The notes below the pieces were generated by a model. It saw nothing but the letters and a program-made list of their open reading frames with translations. It was not told the DNA's origin and made no database searches. Below are positions 53,546 through 63,701 of a stretch of 64,000 bases of DNA, piece by piece (position 1 is the stretch's first letter; the number at the start of each line of letters is the position of its first letter). Origin of the DNA: a virus (lineage: Duplodnaviria > Caudoviricetes); the IMG/VR virus record IMGVR_UViG_3300028887_000079, positions 1 through 64,000 of that record; one strand, 5' to 3'. The position numbers and the translations under genes are program-made.

Positions 53546-54373
53546 CTAGACAACCCAATATGTGAATCGGGCGCCACGCGTAGTATAAACGGACTCCTTC
53601 GCAACAACCAATCGCTTATCATCCGTCAATGCGGAAATGACCATACTACCAACCGGAATGTCCTGCCCGGTGGTCGTGAACGTTTGCTTCTTGGCCCACA
53701 GCGCCGCAAGGTCATTGTAGTTCTTTACCAAGTTGCGCATGATGCCAGCGGATCGAAGATTGGGCCGCCCGCCTTCAAGAACCACATTCGGCGCCTCATG
53801 TCCGCCATACGTGGTTGACCCCGGTTCGGACAATGTGTATCCTACTGAAACCGGGCGGCTGTATGTTGCCTGAAATCCCGACAGCACCTCGATCGGCTGC
53901 TGCTTGTAAAGGCGATTCAGGAACATCACCTTCAAATTCGTAAAGTCAACAAACGCGGGAGAACTGCCCATATTCGCAAGCGCCAAAACCATATCGGCGT
54001 CCGAATGCGTCATATTCAAAAGCGACATTTCGGCGGACAGCATATCGGCGCCGTCAATTTCAAATCCATAATTCGCAATCATGTCCGCAATGGGCGTGTC
54101 GCGGAAACTGGTCGGATGGACCTTGTCAAATTCAGGGCAGGCGGAATCAACGGCGCCGACATTGTAGAGCAGGGCGCCGTTCGCATCAACGGAAACATCC
54201 ATACCGGAAAGGACGCCTTCGAACTCCTTATCGCCAGCTTGAAGTTTCACCTTCTCACAAGAGGTGTAACTATCGGCCTTGCAGGTAAAGCGATAGAACG
54301 GATATTCGGACAGCGCCTCGCGGACAATGAGGTTCTCCGGCGGTTCCGATGCGATTGAAATGCTTATGTTCAT
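53546..54373 (-). CDS. Putative baseplate hub protein
   Basis: Last gene of the tail operon; N-terminal beta-barrel pattern and SDADMVLALA segment typical of hub (gp27/gpD-like) proteins. Confidence 0.45.
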   Translation of the reverse strand: MNISISIASEPPENLIVREALSEYPFYRFTCKADSYTSCEKVKLQAGDKEFEGVLSGMDVSVDANGALLYNVGAVDSACPEFDKVHPTSFRDTPIADMIANYGFEIDGADMLSAEMSLLNMTHSDADMVLALANMGSSPAFVDFTNLKVMFLNRLYKQQPIEVLSGFQATYSRPVSVGYTLSEPGSTTYGGHEAPNVVLEGGRPNLRSAGIMRNLVKNYNDLAALWAKKQTFTTTGQDIPVGSMVISALTDDKRLVVAKESVYTTRGARFTYWVV

Positions 54374-54654
54374 ATATGGAAGTCCTCATCCATATCCACG
54401 AGCTCGCGGTTCAGCGTAGGATGATCCGGGGTCGGATAGGCGCGACCCGCCACAAGCATCCAGGGCGAATCAATGCCGGTTGCGACCATATCGAGTTTCA
54501 TATACTCGGTAGTGCCGAATATCTTGTCCGGGCGGTATTCCGTATTGCGTGTGATGACAACGGGGCGCCCTTGCTGAACCTTCTTGACGTGGAGGTCGCT
54601 GTTCGTGGTGAGCAGCATTTGAATGTTCTTAGATTCCAAATTTACGCCGGGCAT
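54370..54654 (-). CDS. Putative baseplate wedge small protein (gp53/LysM-like)
   Basis: EYRPDKIFG...GIDSPW...G..YP pattern. Confidence 0.45.
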   Translation of the reverse strand: MPGVNLESKNIQMLLTTNSDLHVKKVQQGRPVVITRNTEYRPDKIFGTTEYMKLDMVATGIDSPWMLVAGRAYPTPDHPTLNRELVDMDEDFHI

Positions 54655-54662
54655 AAAACCTC

Positions 54663-55610
54663 CTACCACAATTTCTTCGCTGCGCTCAAATAGTTGGACG
54701 GGACTGTTTCAAGAGAGGTGCTGCTGTCCTGAGCCGCACCGGCCTCTTCATTCGAGAAGTTAGCAAGCAGGCCGCCAAGCGGGTTTTCCATTTGAATTGA
54801 AATGGCACATTTGGTCGGATAGAATCCGGACTTGTCTGCCACAAAGGCGCCCGGAGTTATCGACATGCTGGACGGCATATACGAGATGTTTGCGTGAAGG
54901 ACCGGTTGCCCATCCACTATCAATGTCGGCGAAGCCTTGGCGCCCATTCCTGCCCACTGGTTTTGAATTGCCAGCGGGGTATTCGAATAATACTGAATGG
55001 CCGCCGTATTGAACACGCTGCCGCCAAGATAGCGGTCGCGTGCGGCAAAATACGCTTTCTCCTCATTGGATCCGGCTTCAACATCTTCATTCGTGGTCGC
55101 AATGGTAAGAGCATCGCCCACATCGGAAAACGAGTGCATCACCATACCCTTGATGGCTGCCTGCACCGGATCCGAGTTCGTGAATGAATTCTTGGCGGGG
55201 TGGTAGACGGCGCACGAGGTAGCCTCGGACACCGACTGGCGCCAGCCGTATTCCTTTGCGATACTGGACACATTCGAGATGAACGCTGCATACTGCTTGG
55301 CGTCCTCGAAATACACATCGCCGGACAAGGTCATGCTCATAGATGAAATTTCATCATAAGTCACGCCGGGAACCGGCTTGGAGTCACTCATGCGCAAGCC
55401 CTTGCGGATTTGCTCGATCTGAGTATTCATGTTCACCAAAGTGGAGAACAACTGAGATACGGCGCCGGTAGGACTTTGTGTCTTGAAATTCGGAAGGGCG
55501 AGTTTTTGCATCTCAGGGATATTCGTGACATAGATGGGAATATCCAAATACTTAATGCAATTCTTGCGGGCAGCGGCACGGAATGATCTTGATTCTACTG
55601 CATCAGGCAT
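54663..55610 (-). CDS. Putative tail tube initiator / baseplate protein
   Basis: Follows the tape measure; C-terminal YPTKCAISIQM. Confidence 0.4.
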   Translation of the reverse strand: MPDAVESRSFRAAARKNCIKYLDIPIYVTNIPEMQKLALPNFKTQSPTGAVSQLFSTLVNMNTQIEQIRKGLRMSDSKPVPGVTYDEISSMSMTLSGDVYFEDAKQYAAFISNVSSIAKEYGWRQSVSEATSCAVYHPAKNSFTNSDPVQAAIKGMVMHSFSDVGDALTIATTNEDVEAGSNEEKAYFAARDRYLGGSVFNTAAIQYYSNTPLAIQNQWAGMGAKASPTLIVDGQPVLHANISYMPSSMSITPGAFVADKSGFYPTKCAISIQMENPLGGLLANFSNEEAGAAQDSSTSLETVPSNYLSAAKKLW

Positions 55611-55612
55611 AA

Positions 55613-57499
55613 CTACCTCCACTCATCTACGTTGCGGTTGCTTGCGCCGACCGGGACAACTCCAACGGACTGCTCGGTGGCGCGAACCGGAAGATTGCGT
55701 TGGCGTTCTTCTTCCCTGACCCTTGCCTGAGCCTGAGCCTGAACGGCTTCATGGGTCGGGGCTTCGTGGGTGATGCCGGACGCTGTGCCGGGGATCTTTT
55801 CAACAGAATACGATGCCGGCTCATTCATCCGAACGGGTCCACTCAGTTTGGCCGCACTCAAAATACCGCCGTCCGAGCTGGTCACCTTGACAGACTTCGC
55901 ACGCTGCTTTTCTTCTTCAACACGGGCATCCTGATATGCGGTAAACCACTCGGCGCGAGACTTGCCGGTGGCATCAATAACTTCTTTATTGGACTGTTCA
56001 TAACGCTCGCGGAGGTCGTTGTCCGTGAAGCGAATGGCATCGGAGATTTGAGAGCCCAAGAAGATGAGCTTTGCGGTCAACTCATTGCCGAGAGTAATAG
56101 CCACGGCAGGGAGCGCCGTAGCCAATTCAATCAAGGCGCCACCGGTCTGTTCAATGACCGGGAACATTTCCTTGAACTTCTCCATCACCTTGCCAATGAT
56201 AACAAGGGCAGGCGGGGCGATCGCCATATTCATAGTGTTGGCGGATCCGATGTTCTTCTTTTCCTCGTCCGAAACAAGGGAGCCTTCTTGCTTTTGGGTA
56301 AAGGCCTCCTTAACGGTTTGCTCCTCTTCCCTAAGGGCGCCCGCCTTTTTATCAACAGTGGCGTTCTCAATGTAGGCAAGTTGGGCGTTGGCGGTTTCTT
56401 TCGCCTTCATCGCCGCACTTGCATCCCCGGTGCCTTCGGCGTATTCTACAAGGCCTTGGGTGTCCTTCGCCACAGCCACCGCATACTCATCGCCAGCCTT
56501 GGACACTTCGGCATCGGCAGCCAAATTCTTTTCGGCAACCTCGGCTTCAACCTTGGACACCTTTTCTTTTTGGATAGCGTCCTTTGTAGAAGCATCCAAG
56601 ATGAGACCGGAGTTCTTCTCGGTTCCCTCACGGATCGCGGATGCAATGTCGCCGAGCGGAGCAGCCAACGGGGCAGCGCCACCACGTTCAGCGCGTTCGC
56701 CACGGGCGGGTGTTTCTTCATTGCCTTCTTTGACCGCCTTGATCTTGGCAGTGCCTTCGTCAGCAACAGCGCGTTGATTTGCCTTTGCGGCCTTCAATGC
56801 GGCGTCCGCTTTCTCGGTAGTATCGAGAGTCTTGTCGCCCGCCATCATCTTTTGAAGGGCGCGACCTTCCATCTCGGTTGCATTTTGAATTGCTTGCCCG
56901 TGTGCCTGCTTTGCGGTCTCAAGCCCCTTGTCCGCTGCCGCGAATTTGTCTTCGCGGGCTTCGGCGGCCTTCGCGGTTATATCCTCATAACGGGCATCGG
57001 AAATTGTGGCGATGTCCTTTTTGGTCTGTTCGCTTGCCTTGACAAAATTCTCGACAACGCCTTGGAAACCTTTTCCACCAATGGCGCCGATAAGTCCAAG
57101 CCAATTCTTTTGACGCTCGCCAGCTTGGCGATCCCCAACCGAGTTTAACTTCTCAGCACGGCGATTTGCGGCTTCAACGCGTTTACGATAGGCTGCACCC
57201 TCTTTCGCCTCCTTTTCGGCGAGTTTGAGCGAATTAGCCTCGGTTTCGTTGAGTGCCTTGAAGATGCGGGCGGTTTCTTTAAGATCCGCCTGATATTGGC
57301 GGAAAAGACCATCAATAGCCTGATTGCGTTTTTCGGAAGCGGTCAACTCCTTCTTGGAAGTATTCGTGCGCTCCTGCATTGATTTGGTGATGGCTTCGGT
57401 TAACTTTTTAAGCGAATCGGGAAGAGAGGAGTCCTCACTCCCGGCGGACTTATTTCCGCCCAATGCCTTCAACAAAAGAGAGCTAATATCTTCCGCCAT
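55613..57499 (-). CDS. Tape-measure-like protein
   Basis: 628 aa, A/E/K-rich helical with a hydrophobic segment; canonical position after tube and chaperone genes. Confidence 0.55.
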   Translation of the reverse strand: MAEDISSLLLKALGGNKSAGSEDSSLPDSLKKLTEAITKSMQERTNTSKKELTASEKRNQAIDGLFRQYQADLKETARIFKALNETEANSLKLAEKEAKEGAAYRKRVEAANRRAEKLNSVGDRQAGERQKNWLGLIGAIGGKGFQGVVENFVKASEQTKKDIATISDARYEDITAKAAEAREDKFAAADKGLETAKQAHGQAIQNATEMEGRALQKMMAGDKTLDTTEKADAALKAAKANQRAVADEGTAKIKAVKEGNEETPARGERAERGGAAPLAAPLGDIASAIREGTEKNSGLILDASTKDAIQKEKVSKVEAEVAEKNLAADAEVSKAGDEYAVAVAKDTQGLVEYAEGTGDASAAMKAKETANAQLAYIENATVDKKAGALREEEQTVKEAFTQKQEGSLVSDEEKKNIGSANTMNMAIAPPALVIIGKVMEKFKEMFPVIEQTGGALIELATALPAVAITLGNELTAKLIFLGSQISDAIRFTDNDLRERYEQSNKEVIDATGKSRAEWFTAYQDARVEEEKQRAKSVKVTSSDGGILSAAKLSGPVRMNEPASYSVEKIPGTASGITHEAPTHEAVQAQAQARVREEERQRNLPVRATEQSVGVVPVGASNRNVDEWR

Positions 57500-57568
57500 A
57501 GAAACACCTTAAATGCCCGTAAAATCTAATACAAATCTACATAATTAGGCGGCGCCAAACACCGCCGC

Positions 57569-57718
57569 CTATTTACGCTTCGCATCCCTTTGACGGATCA
57601 TTTCCTCGCGTGCACTGAGAAAATCCAATATCTCCGCAAGGCATTGATCCTCGTCAAGGTTATAGCCTAAAATTAGTTTTATATTGGCCAAGCGCTTCCG
57701 TGTCAAGAAACGGGACAT
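57569..57718 (-). CDS. 49-aa overlapping ORF (tail assembly chaperone / gp51-like small partner)
   Basis: GGAGG-N9-ATG; MSRFLTRKRLANIKLILGYNLDEDQCLAEILDFLSAREEMIRQRDAKRK; followed by hairpin. Confidence 0.5.
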   Translation of the reverse strand: MSRFLTRKRLANIKLILGYNLDEDQCLAEILDFLSAREEMIRQRDAKRK

Positions 57719-58385
57719 ACTGAGTGACCTCCAGGGCACTCAGCGGCACTCGATAAGTTTTCTTGCACTTGGGGCATTCAACCTGTTTGTAAGTGTCCGT
57801 GATTGCAAAATACTTGGACACCGTTTTGAGCATAAGCGCAATCAAAGAGAAGTCCGTAATACTGCCAAGGATTTCGTAGATCTTGTCCGGATCCGTTTCC
57901 TCATCAATCTTCGTTACATACTGCGCAATACTGGCGATCAGGTTTTCGCCCTTCGGGTCGCGCTCCTTAAATTTCTCCATCGATTCAACCGTGGCGAAAC
58001 CAAGAGTGTAGGTATGCGTTTCATCCGCAATGGTGAGCGGATACGGAGCATCCTTTTCAAGAACCGTAACCGGCGGGAAGTCGTGGCGGGTCAACCCCAT
58101 CGTGCGCTTGTCATTACAATACGGACAAGTCACGTCCACGCGCCAAGAGCGGTCCTTCTCTGTGTTGAATGCCAACACGGCAATCAAGAAACGCAGGTCC
58201 TTCGGGACAAGAAGCGAAGTGTCAATCTCATCGGTCAACTCGCCCATCAGGTCGCGGATCTCGCGGTCGGTCGGACGAGAGCCCAACTTCAGTGCCTGAT
58301 TGATGGTGAGTGCCTTGAGTTTGAAACGTTTGAAAGGATATGGACGAAATCCAGTGGGGAGTTCATTGATTGGTATATAGATCAT
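57660..58385 (-). CDS. Baseplate hub assembly / tail chaperone (gp26/gp51-like)
   Basis: ELPTGFRPY, DLRFL, two CPxC motifs; lies between tube and tape measure. Confidence 0.6.
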   Translation of the reverse strand: MIYIPINELPTGFRPYPFKRFKLKALTINQALKLGSRPTDREIRDLMGELTDEIDTSLLVPKDLRFLIAVLAFNTEKDRSWRVDVTCPYCNDKRTMGLTRHDFPPVTVLEKDAPYPLTIADETHTYTLGFATVESMEKFKERDPKGENLIASIAQYVTKIDEETDPDKIYEILGSITDFSLIALMLKTVSKYFAITDTYKQVECPKCKKTYRVPLSALEVTQYVPFLDTEALGQYKTNFRL

Positions 58386-58387
58386 AT

Positions 58388-58852
58388 TTATATTAACCTC
58401 AATACCAAAGATACGGGCAACATAGTCGCGGACGAAAAACTCACATTGTTCGGTGGGGTATAGGACGCAAGATAGAAATCATGCGAGTCCAAACCGGCAT
58501 CATCCAAAAGGCCATCGACATCGGCGGACGGATTTGCAAAAGGCATCTCCGAGACATCGCCCCATTCAACCTTGATGGGGTAACGCTGATCGATATAACC
58601 GGGATGAACTGTTGCCGCATACAGATGGCGGAGGAGCGAGTCCTGCTTTTTCGTGACGTGCGCCGAGATCGTAATCTCGGGGGTATGCATTTGGCCGTTT
58701 TCCATCAGGAAAGCGTTGGCGCCATTTATGCTTTCTACCAATAAGGAATTAGGCCCCCCGTCATAGGGGGCCGGTAATTTCACGAAAACATCAAAGTTCC
58801 CGTTATCGAGATATTGCGTCTCAATTACAGATTCCAAGATGTTTTTTGCCAT
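58388..58852 (-). CDS. Putative second tail-tube-like protein
   Basis: Position and size; C-terminal strand pattern. Confidence 0.4.
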   Translation of the reverse strand: MAKNILESVIETQYLDNGNFDVFVKLPAPYDGGPNSLLVESINGANAFLMENGQMHTPEITISAHVTKKQDSLLRHLYAATVHPGYIDQRYPIKVEWGDVSEMPFANPSADVDGLLDDAGLDSHDFYLASYTPPNNVSFSSATMLPVSLVLRLI

Positions 58853-58855
58853 TCA

Positions 58856-59434
58856 TTAAGCCTCGAACGGCTTATGCCAGCCGTGAGCATACAGGGTGAG
58901 CTGCGTGCCTACGATTTCGGCATTGTTGCCGGAAGTGAACGTGCCGGGTTGGACACCCTTGATTTGGACGCCATCCAAGATGATGATGTTGTCCGCGTCA
59001 GCCTTACCATCATTCCCAAGTTCGAGGAGCGTGATGCCGGAGAACGTGTAAACACTCTTCGGGGCGATATCGCGCTTGTCGAAGTAGCCGGCGCCCTTAT
59101 TCTGCGCCTTGATAAGCGCATTTTCAACCGCACGGCTCATAGGTTCGAGGATCGTGATTTGCAAGCTGTCAATCACGCGGGACTGCCAAGCAGCCTGACT
59201 GATAGGAATGCCCTTGATGTTCGCCTGAGCATAAGTCGTTTCGGAGTTGAACGAATAATCGCTGGTGCACGCATAGCTCATGTGCTTTGCGATACCAACG
59301 TCACCGCCCAACAGATCCACGAACTTCTTGCAGGTCGCGAAATCAATACGCCAGTTCGAACTGACGGCGTAGTCCTTCTCGCTGAAGTCCTCGCCGAGCA
59401 ATTCGTTGAAGGTTACGTTTGCAATGTCTGCCAT
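58856..59434 (-). CDS. Tail tube protein
   Basis: 192 aa directly after the sheath; beta pattern of gp19-like tubes. Confidence 0.6.
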   Translation of the reverse strand: MADIANVTFNELLGEDFSEKDYAVSSNWRIDFATCKKFVDLLGGDVGIAKHMSYACTSDYSFNSETTYAQANIKGIPISQAAWQSRVIDSLQITILEPMSRAVENALIKAQNKGAGYFDKRDIAPKSVYTFSGITLLELGNDGKADADNIIILDGVQIKGVQPGTFTSGNNAEIVGTQLTLYAHGWHKPFEA

Positions 59435-59436
59435 AA

Positions 59437-61710
59437 TTATGCATCCTCCGCCAAGCTGATTTCAAGTGACTGCGTCTGCGGGTAGGCGGTAACGTAGATG
59501 TCCACGTAACGGCCAACGCCCTTGAAGCGCACCGGGAAGTCGAAGCGCATAACCTTGTCACCGATAATGTTCTTGTCGGCGTTCGGCTTGCCTTCTTCAA
59601 TGTAGTTGCGTTCCTTGAAGGTCTTGTTCAGGCTCTTCAAAACGCGGACGCCTTCGTTGATGGTCGGCACATCATTGTATTCCGCAACGAACGGACGCAT
59701 TGACTGGTAGATCATGTATTTCATCCAGCAATACGAAAGAATGACGTGCGTGTCGGAAAGAGCCGTGTCCGTGAGCTGGGAGGTGGTTTCTTCCCAAAGA
59801 TAGAAGCCGCCTTCATTGATACACGGATTGAGCTTGTAGGTCTGTGCAAGAACCTTGCGCTGCGGTCCGGTGTATTCTTCGGACAACTCTTCGCACTGGA
59901 TTTGACCATAAGAAAGACCCATCGGAGGACGAGCCTCGTTGCCGTTCTTATAGTTGTTGTTGAGGCAAAGAGTAACCAATGCCGCAAAGGTCATCCACAT
60001 GCGGCGGCCAGCAACAGTCTTGCGGCCATACTGCGGGAAGTCCGCAATGAAGCGGTTGCCGTGGCGGCCGCCCAAGTTCGAGAATACCGCGAGAGATGCA
60101 GCCTTGCCGATGTTGGTCACGCCAAGGGTCGTTTCGCTAGCGGCTTCAATCACGCCCAAGAAGTCCGGCACGTTCATCACGTCACCGAGGTTTGCCGTAA
60201 CCACGCAGCGATGCTTAGTCAGGTTGTCCCCGGCGATTTGGCGAAGAGCCAACGCATAAGCGTAAGACTTCTGCCCCGGAACGATCGCATTGGATTCCAA
60301 GTCGCCAGTGCCATCGAAATACTGCGGGGTCTTAATGAAAAGACTCGGCTCGGCGGGTTCATCCTCGCCAGCAATGATCGCGGCATCGACATCGCTTTGG
60401 AAGTCAATCTCATAATCGTCAAACACTTCACTGGTGCGGGACACGAGGTAGTTCGAAGAAGCAAGGACAGAGTCAAGCTGCATCGAAACATAGGAGCCAT
60501 CATAGTCATCGTAGTTGAAGCTGGCGATGTAGGTTTCCTTCAAGTAGGCGGAGTAGCAAGATGCCCACACGGCATTTTCTTCGCCCATATACATGTAGTT
60601 CTTGCGGTTTTCGAGGTAAAGACCCGTTGCAATCGCAAATTCCACAGTTGCCATTTCGCCGTCCGCATCCGGGGTGACGGAGACCGAGCCGCAACCATAG
60701 TTGAGGTAAGCGGTGCGAGCCTTGCCTTCTTCCGGAACGCCCTGGGCGCTTGCGGAGATCGAGATGGAGATCGAAAGGTTAAAGCAGTTGAATGCGCCGG
60801 CGGCAACCGTAAAGGTGCCATCGCCATTCGACTTGAAAGAGGTAAGGACCGGTTCGCCCTTCGAATCCTTCGCAGCAAGGACAGCGTCTTCGATAGCCTT
60901 ATACACGGATCCGCCGGTATACGGCGCCGTGCCCTTGCAGCCATTCACAAAGGCGGTCACAAGGTTGGTTGTGCCAGTCGAGGAGCCTTCGCCCGAAGAA
61001 CCGGAATCAAAGGACAACTCATAGCCATCCAAATGAAGCATGTCGGAGTCGCCGGATTCGCCACCGCCCAAAACAGGATCAAGACTCGGAGTCAAACCCA
61101 AGACCCCGGGCATATCCTTGTCAATGTGGCGGGCGCCAGCAAAGTCAAACACCTGAAGCTGGAAGGCGCGATGTTCATCCGCATAAGCGGACTTGGTAGC
61201 AGGTTCACTGAAGCGGAGGACGATGTTCGAATAGTTGGCGGGGTCGTTGCCCTGACCAATAACCTTCGAACAATAGTTACCTTCACCCTTGAAGAAGAGC
61301 AACGCGGTGTTCTTGTCCGCCGGGGTGGCAATGGCATTCGAGTTGGCGTTCGGATCGATGAACAGCTTTCCACGAATGCCCTTTTCCGGATCGGCGCCCT
61401 GAATGCTTACGCGCATACAGCCGAAAACCTGGTCGCCCGGTTCAATGCTCGGATCCTTTGCACGGGAAATCACGAGAGGCACATTGTGCTGTGCCAAGAA
61501 GTAGGCTTCCATGTTTGCCTGACCATACTTATCGAAAGCAGGGTTGCCAAACACCTTCACAAAATCATCTGCACTCGTGATAAATACCGGCTTGTTGCAA
61601 AGGCCGCGTTCCGCTTCCATCGCAACGGCAGCCTTGAACCCATCCGCAGAAGCGGGGCGCTGGGACTTATCAACGAGAATTACGTCAGTTCCGGCGGAAT
61701 CATTAACCAT
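59437..61710 (-). CDS. Contractile tail sheath protein
   Basis: N-terminal PVFITS..DFVKVFG; C-terminal PPMG..YG, LNP, WEETT, FVAEYND. Confidence 0.85.
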   Translation of the reverse strand: MVNDSAGTDVILVDKSQRPASADGFKAAVAMEAERGLCNKPVFITSADDFVKVFGNPAFDKYGQANMEAYFLAQHNVPLVISRAKDPSIEPGDQVFGCMRVSIQGADPEKGIRGKLFIDPNANSNAIATPADKNTALLFFKGEGNYCSKVIGQGNDPANYSNIVLRFSEPATKSAYADEHRAFQLQVFDFAGARHIDKDMPGVLGLTPSLDPVLGGGESGDSDMLHLDGYELSFDSGSSGEGSSTGTTNLVTAFVNGCKGTAPYTGGSVYKAIEDAVLAAKDSKGEPVLTSFKSNGDGTFTVAAGAFNCFNLSISISISASAQGVPEEGKARTAYLNYGCGSVSVTPDADGEMATVEFAIATGLYLENRKNYMYMGEENAVWASCYSAYLKETYIASFNYDDYDGSYVSMQLDSVLASSNYLVSRTSEVFDDYEIDFQSDVDAAIIAGEDEPAEPSLFIKTPQYFDGTGDLESNAIVPGQKSYAYALALRQIAGDNLTKHRCVVTANLGDVMNVPDFLGVIEAASETTLGVTNIGKAASLAVFSNLGGRHGNRFIADFPQYGRKTVAGRRMWMTFAALVTLCLNNNYKNGNEARPPMGLSYGQIQCEELSEEYTGPQRKVLAQTYKLNPCINEGGFYLWEETTSQLTDTALSDTHVILSYCWMKYMIYQSMRPFVAEYNDVPTINEGVRVLKSLNKTFKERNYIEEGKPNADKNIIGDKVMRFDFPVRFKGVGRYVDIYVTAYPQTQSLEISLAEDA

Positions 61711-61752
61711 TTTTCTTACCTCATAAGGTTGAAAAGTTGGGGCAAAATTGGA

Positions 61753-62891
61753 TTACTTCGCCTTGATCGTTTGGCTTGCGATGATCGCGCTCACACCGGG
61801 GCTAGCACGATGAGAACCGGTCATACCACGATGAAGGTTGTCCAAAAGCGATTCAAAGGCATCCGGAGAAGTTGCCTTCTTAGGATCACCCTTCGGGGCG
61901 GGAGTGCCAAGAGCTTCAATCACGGCGCGAGCCTTGCGGGCACCGAAGCGAAGAGTCATCAGGGCTTCAGCCTTGTCGTTGCCGTAAGCGTCACGGACGG
62001 AAGCAACCGCCTGAGCGAACTTTTCATCGGACATCGCAAGGGCAAGGCCATCAGCGCTCTTCATGAACGAAAGGCGGCGAGCCATATTGGCGTCCGGGGT
62101 AGCGGCTTCAATGTCGCCAACCCAAGAGTCAACGTCCTTCGGTTCCGGCTTGTCAGCATCATCAAGAACGCCAACCACAGCCTTGTCGATGAACTGGAGC
62201 AATTCTTCCACGCCGAAGATTTCGGACGGAAGGACCACCACCACGCAGTCGCCATCATCGCAAGTTTCGAAACCGGAGCCGTAGTAGTCATCACCGCCAG
62301 GGATCGATTCGCAAATCTTGGAAAGGGTTTCGCTCTTGGCGCCCTTAATGCGAATAGTGCGATCTTCGCGCTTGATGGTGCAACCGGTGCCGGTAAGCGC
62401 CGTCATTGCTTCTTCAATGCGGGCATCGATCAGGTCTTCAGCCTTGCGGAAGTTAGAGCCGGTGGTCTTGTTCAGGTTGGCAACATACTTGTCGGGGTCT
62501 TCAACTTCAACAGCCTTGCCATCCTTGTTGACCATATACTTTTTTCCGTCCTTTTCGATGGAGGCCACAGTGTTGTTGCCATCCTTGTAAACGGATTCGC
62601 TTTTCTGTGCGCTAGCCGGAGCGGCATCACGGGCGCCAGTAAAGTCAATGGTAACACGTAAGATTCATCCGCCCTGGAAGTGGAGGAAACCTTCACGCCG
62701 CAACCGATGGCTTCTTCCAAGCGGGTGCAAATCGCCATAGCATCGCGGGCGCTGGTAGCGTGTTCTGTTACGGCCACATGCCCACGGACGAAGTCCTGCT
62801 CATACAGCCAGTTGTCGGGGTTTTGCGTGGGCCTTCCAAATACGGTGGAGATGCCTTCGCAGATTTTTTGACTCAATTCGATACGGGTCAT
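61753..62891 (-). CDS. Hypothetical late protein, apparently one gene interrupted by a -1 frameshift near 62658
   Basis: Upstream ORF has AGGAG RBS; the downstream frame is open from 62664 with typical codons and no RBS. Confidence 0.55.
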
Positions 62892-62924
62892 GATGATCTC
62901 CTAATGTCTAATGGAAATATAAGA

Positions 62925-62956
62925 AAAAATCCCCAAGGAGAACACCTCGGGGTTTT
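62925..62956 (-). terminator. Intrinsic terminator
   Basis: AAAACCCCGAGG..CCTTGGGGATTTTTT on the - strand. Confidence 0.55.
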
Positions 62957-62969
62957 GTAAAAACGAGGC

Positions 62970-63686
62970 CTACGCTTCAGCGGGCGCCGGAGGAAGTTGG
63001 TCATCCTCGCCGCCCACGGGGTTCGGCGTTGCGTCAGGTGAAGTGGGCTCTTCATTGTAGATGGCGGACACTTCCGAACTCAAGGAGTCCGAGGGTGCGC
63101 CAGCTTCTTCTTCCGAGCCGCCTTCTTCGCCGCCGGCGAGTTCCTTGATGGCATCGCCGAGCATCGAAATCGCCTTCATCGTATCTTCGTTCTTTTGGTA
63201 GGACATCGACTTGCCCATCGAATAGAGCGAGATGGAAGCCTTTTCAACACAAGACTGCATTGTGGCGATTGCGTTGTTGAGGGCGAGAATGTCGCCTTCG
63301 CAATCTTCCACCATAACAGAGTTGGTGTCGTAAAGCGCCTTCACGGCTGCATTTGCCTTGTTAGCAAATGCTTCCAGGGACTTCTTCAGGCACATTGCCG
63401 GGGCAGGGGCAGCACCTAAAGTGGATGCGCTTTCCTTGGACGGCTTGGGATCCTTCGGAAGAGGCGGATTTTCCGGAGTGCGGACTTCCATAGCGGAGTA
63501 GAGTTCTTTGTTTTCCTTTGCTGCGGCGCCGAGTTCGGCAGCTTCTTCTTCGGAGATGAAGTTGTCTTGGACAAGGCTTGCGGCCCAATCGTAGACGTCT
63601 TCCAGCTTAGGCTTATCGGTTCTACCGCTGATGGCGAACCAAGTGGGGAAATCGGCAAAGTAGTGCCTGATTGCGTTTTCGGTCAT
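62970..63686 (-). CDS. Acidic late protein (possible head scaffold/core)
   Basis: GGAGG RBS; E/P-rich tail; upstream of the tail block. Confidence 0.5.
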   Translation of the reverse strand: MTENAIRHYFADFPTWFAISGRTDKPKLEDVYDWAASLVQDNFISEEEAAELGAAAKENKELYSAMEVRTPENPPLPKDPKPSKESASTLGAAPAPAMCLKKSLEAFANKANAAVKALYDTNSVMVEDCEGDILALNNAIATMQSCVEKASISLYSMGKSMSYQKNEDTMKAISMLGDAIKELAGGEEGGSEEEAGAPSDSLSSEVSAIYNEEPTSPDATPNPVGGEDDQLPPAPAEA

Positions 63687-63701
63687 TTTGGTTTTCCTCC
63701 A

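Noticed and set aside
59746-62661. 971-aa plus-strand ORF, and similar long antisense ORFs (e.g. 12814-14151, 55700-57148, 28769-29827, 36579-37685)
   Set aside because: Shadows of strongly codon-biased genes on the opposite strand; no RBS, no motifs.
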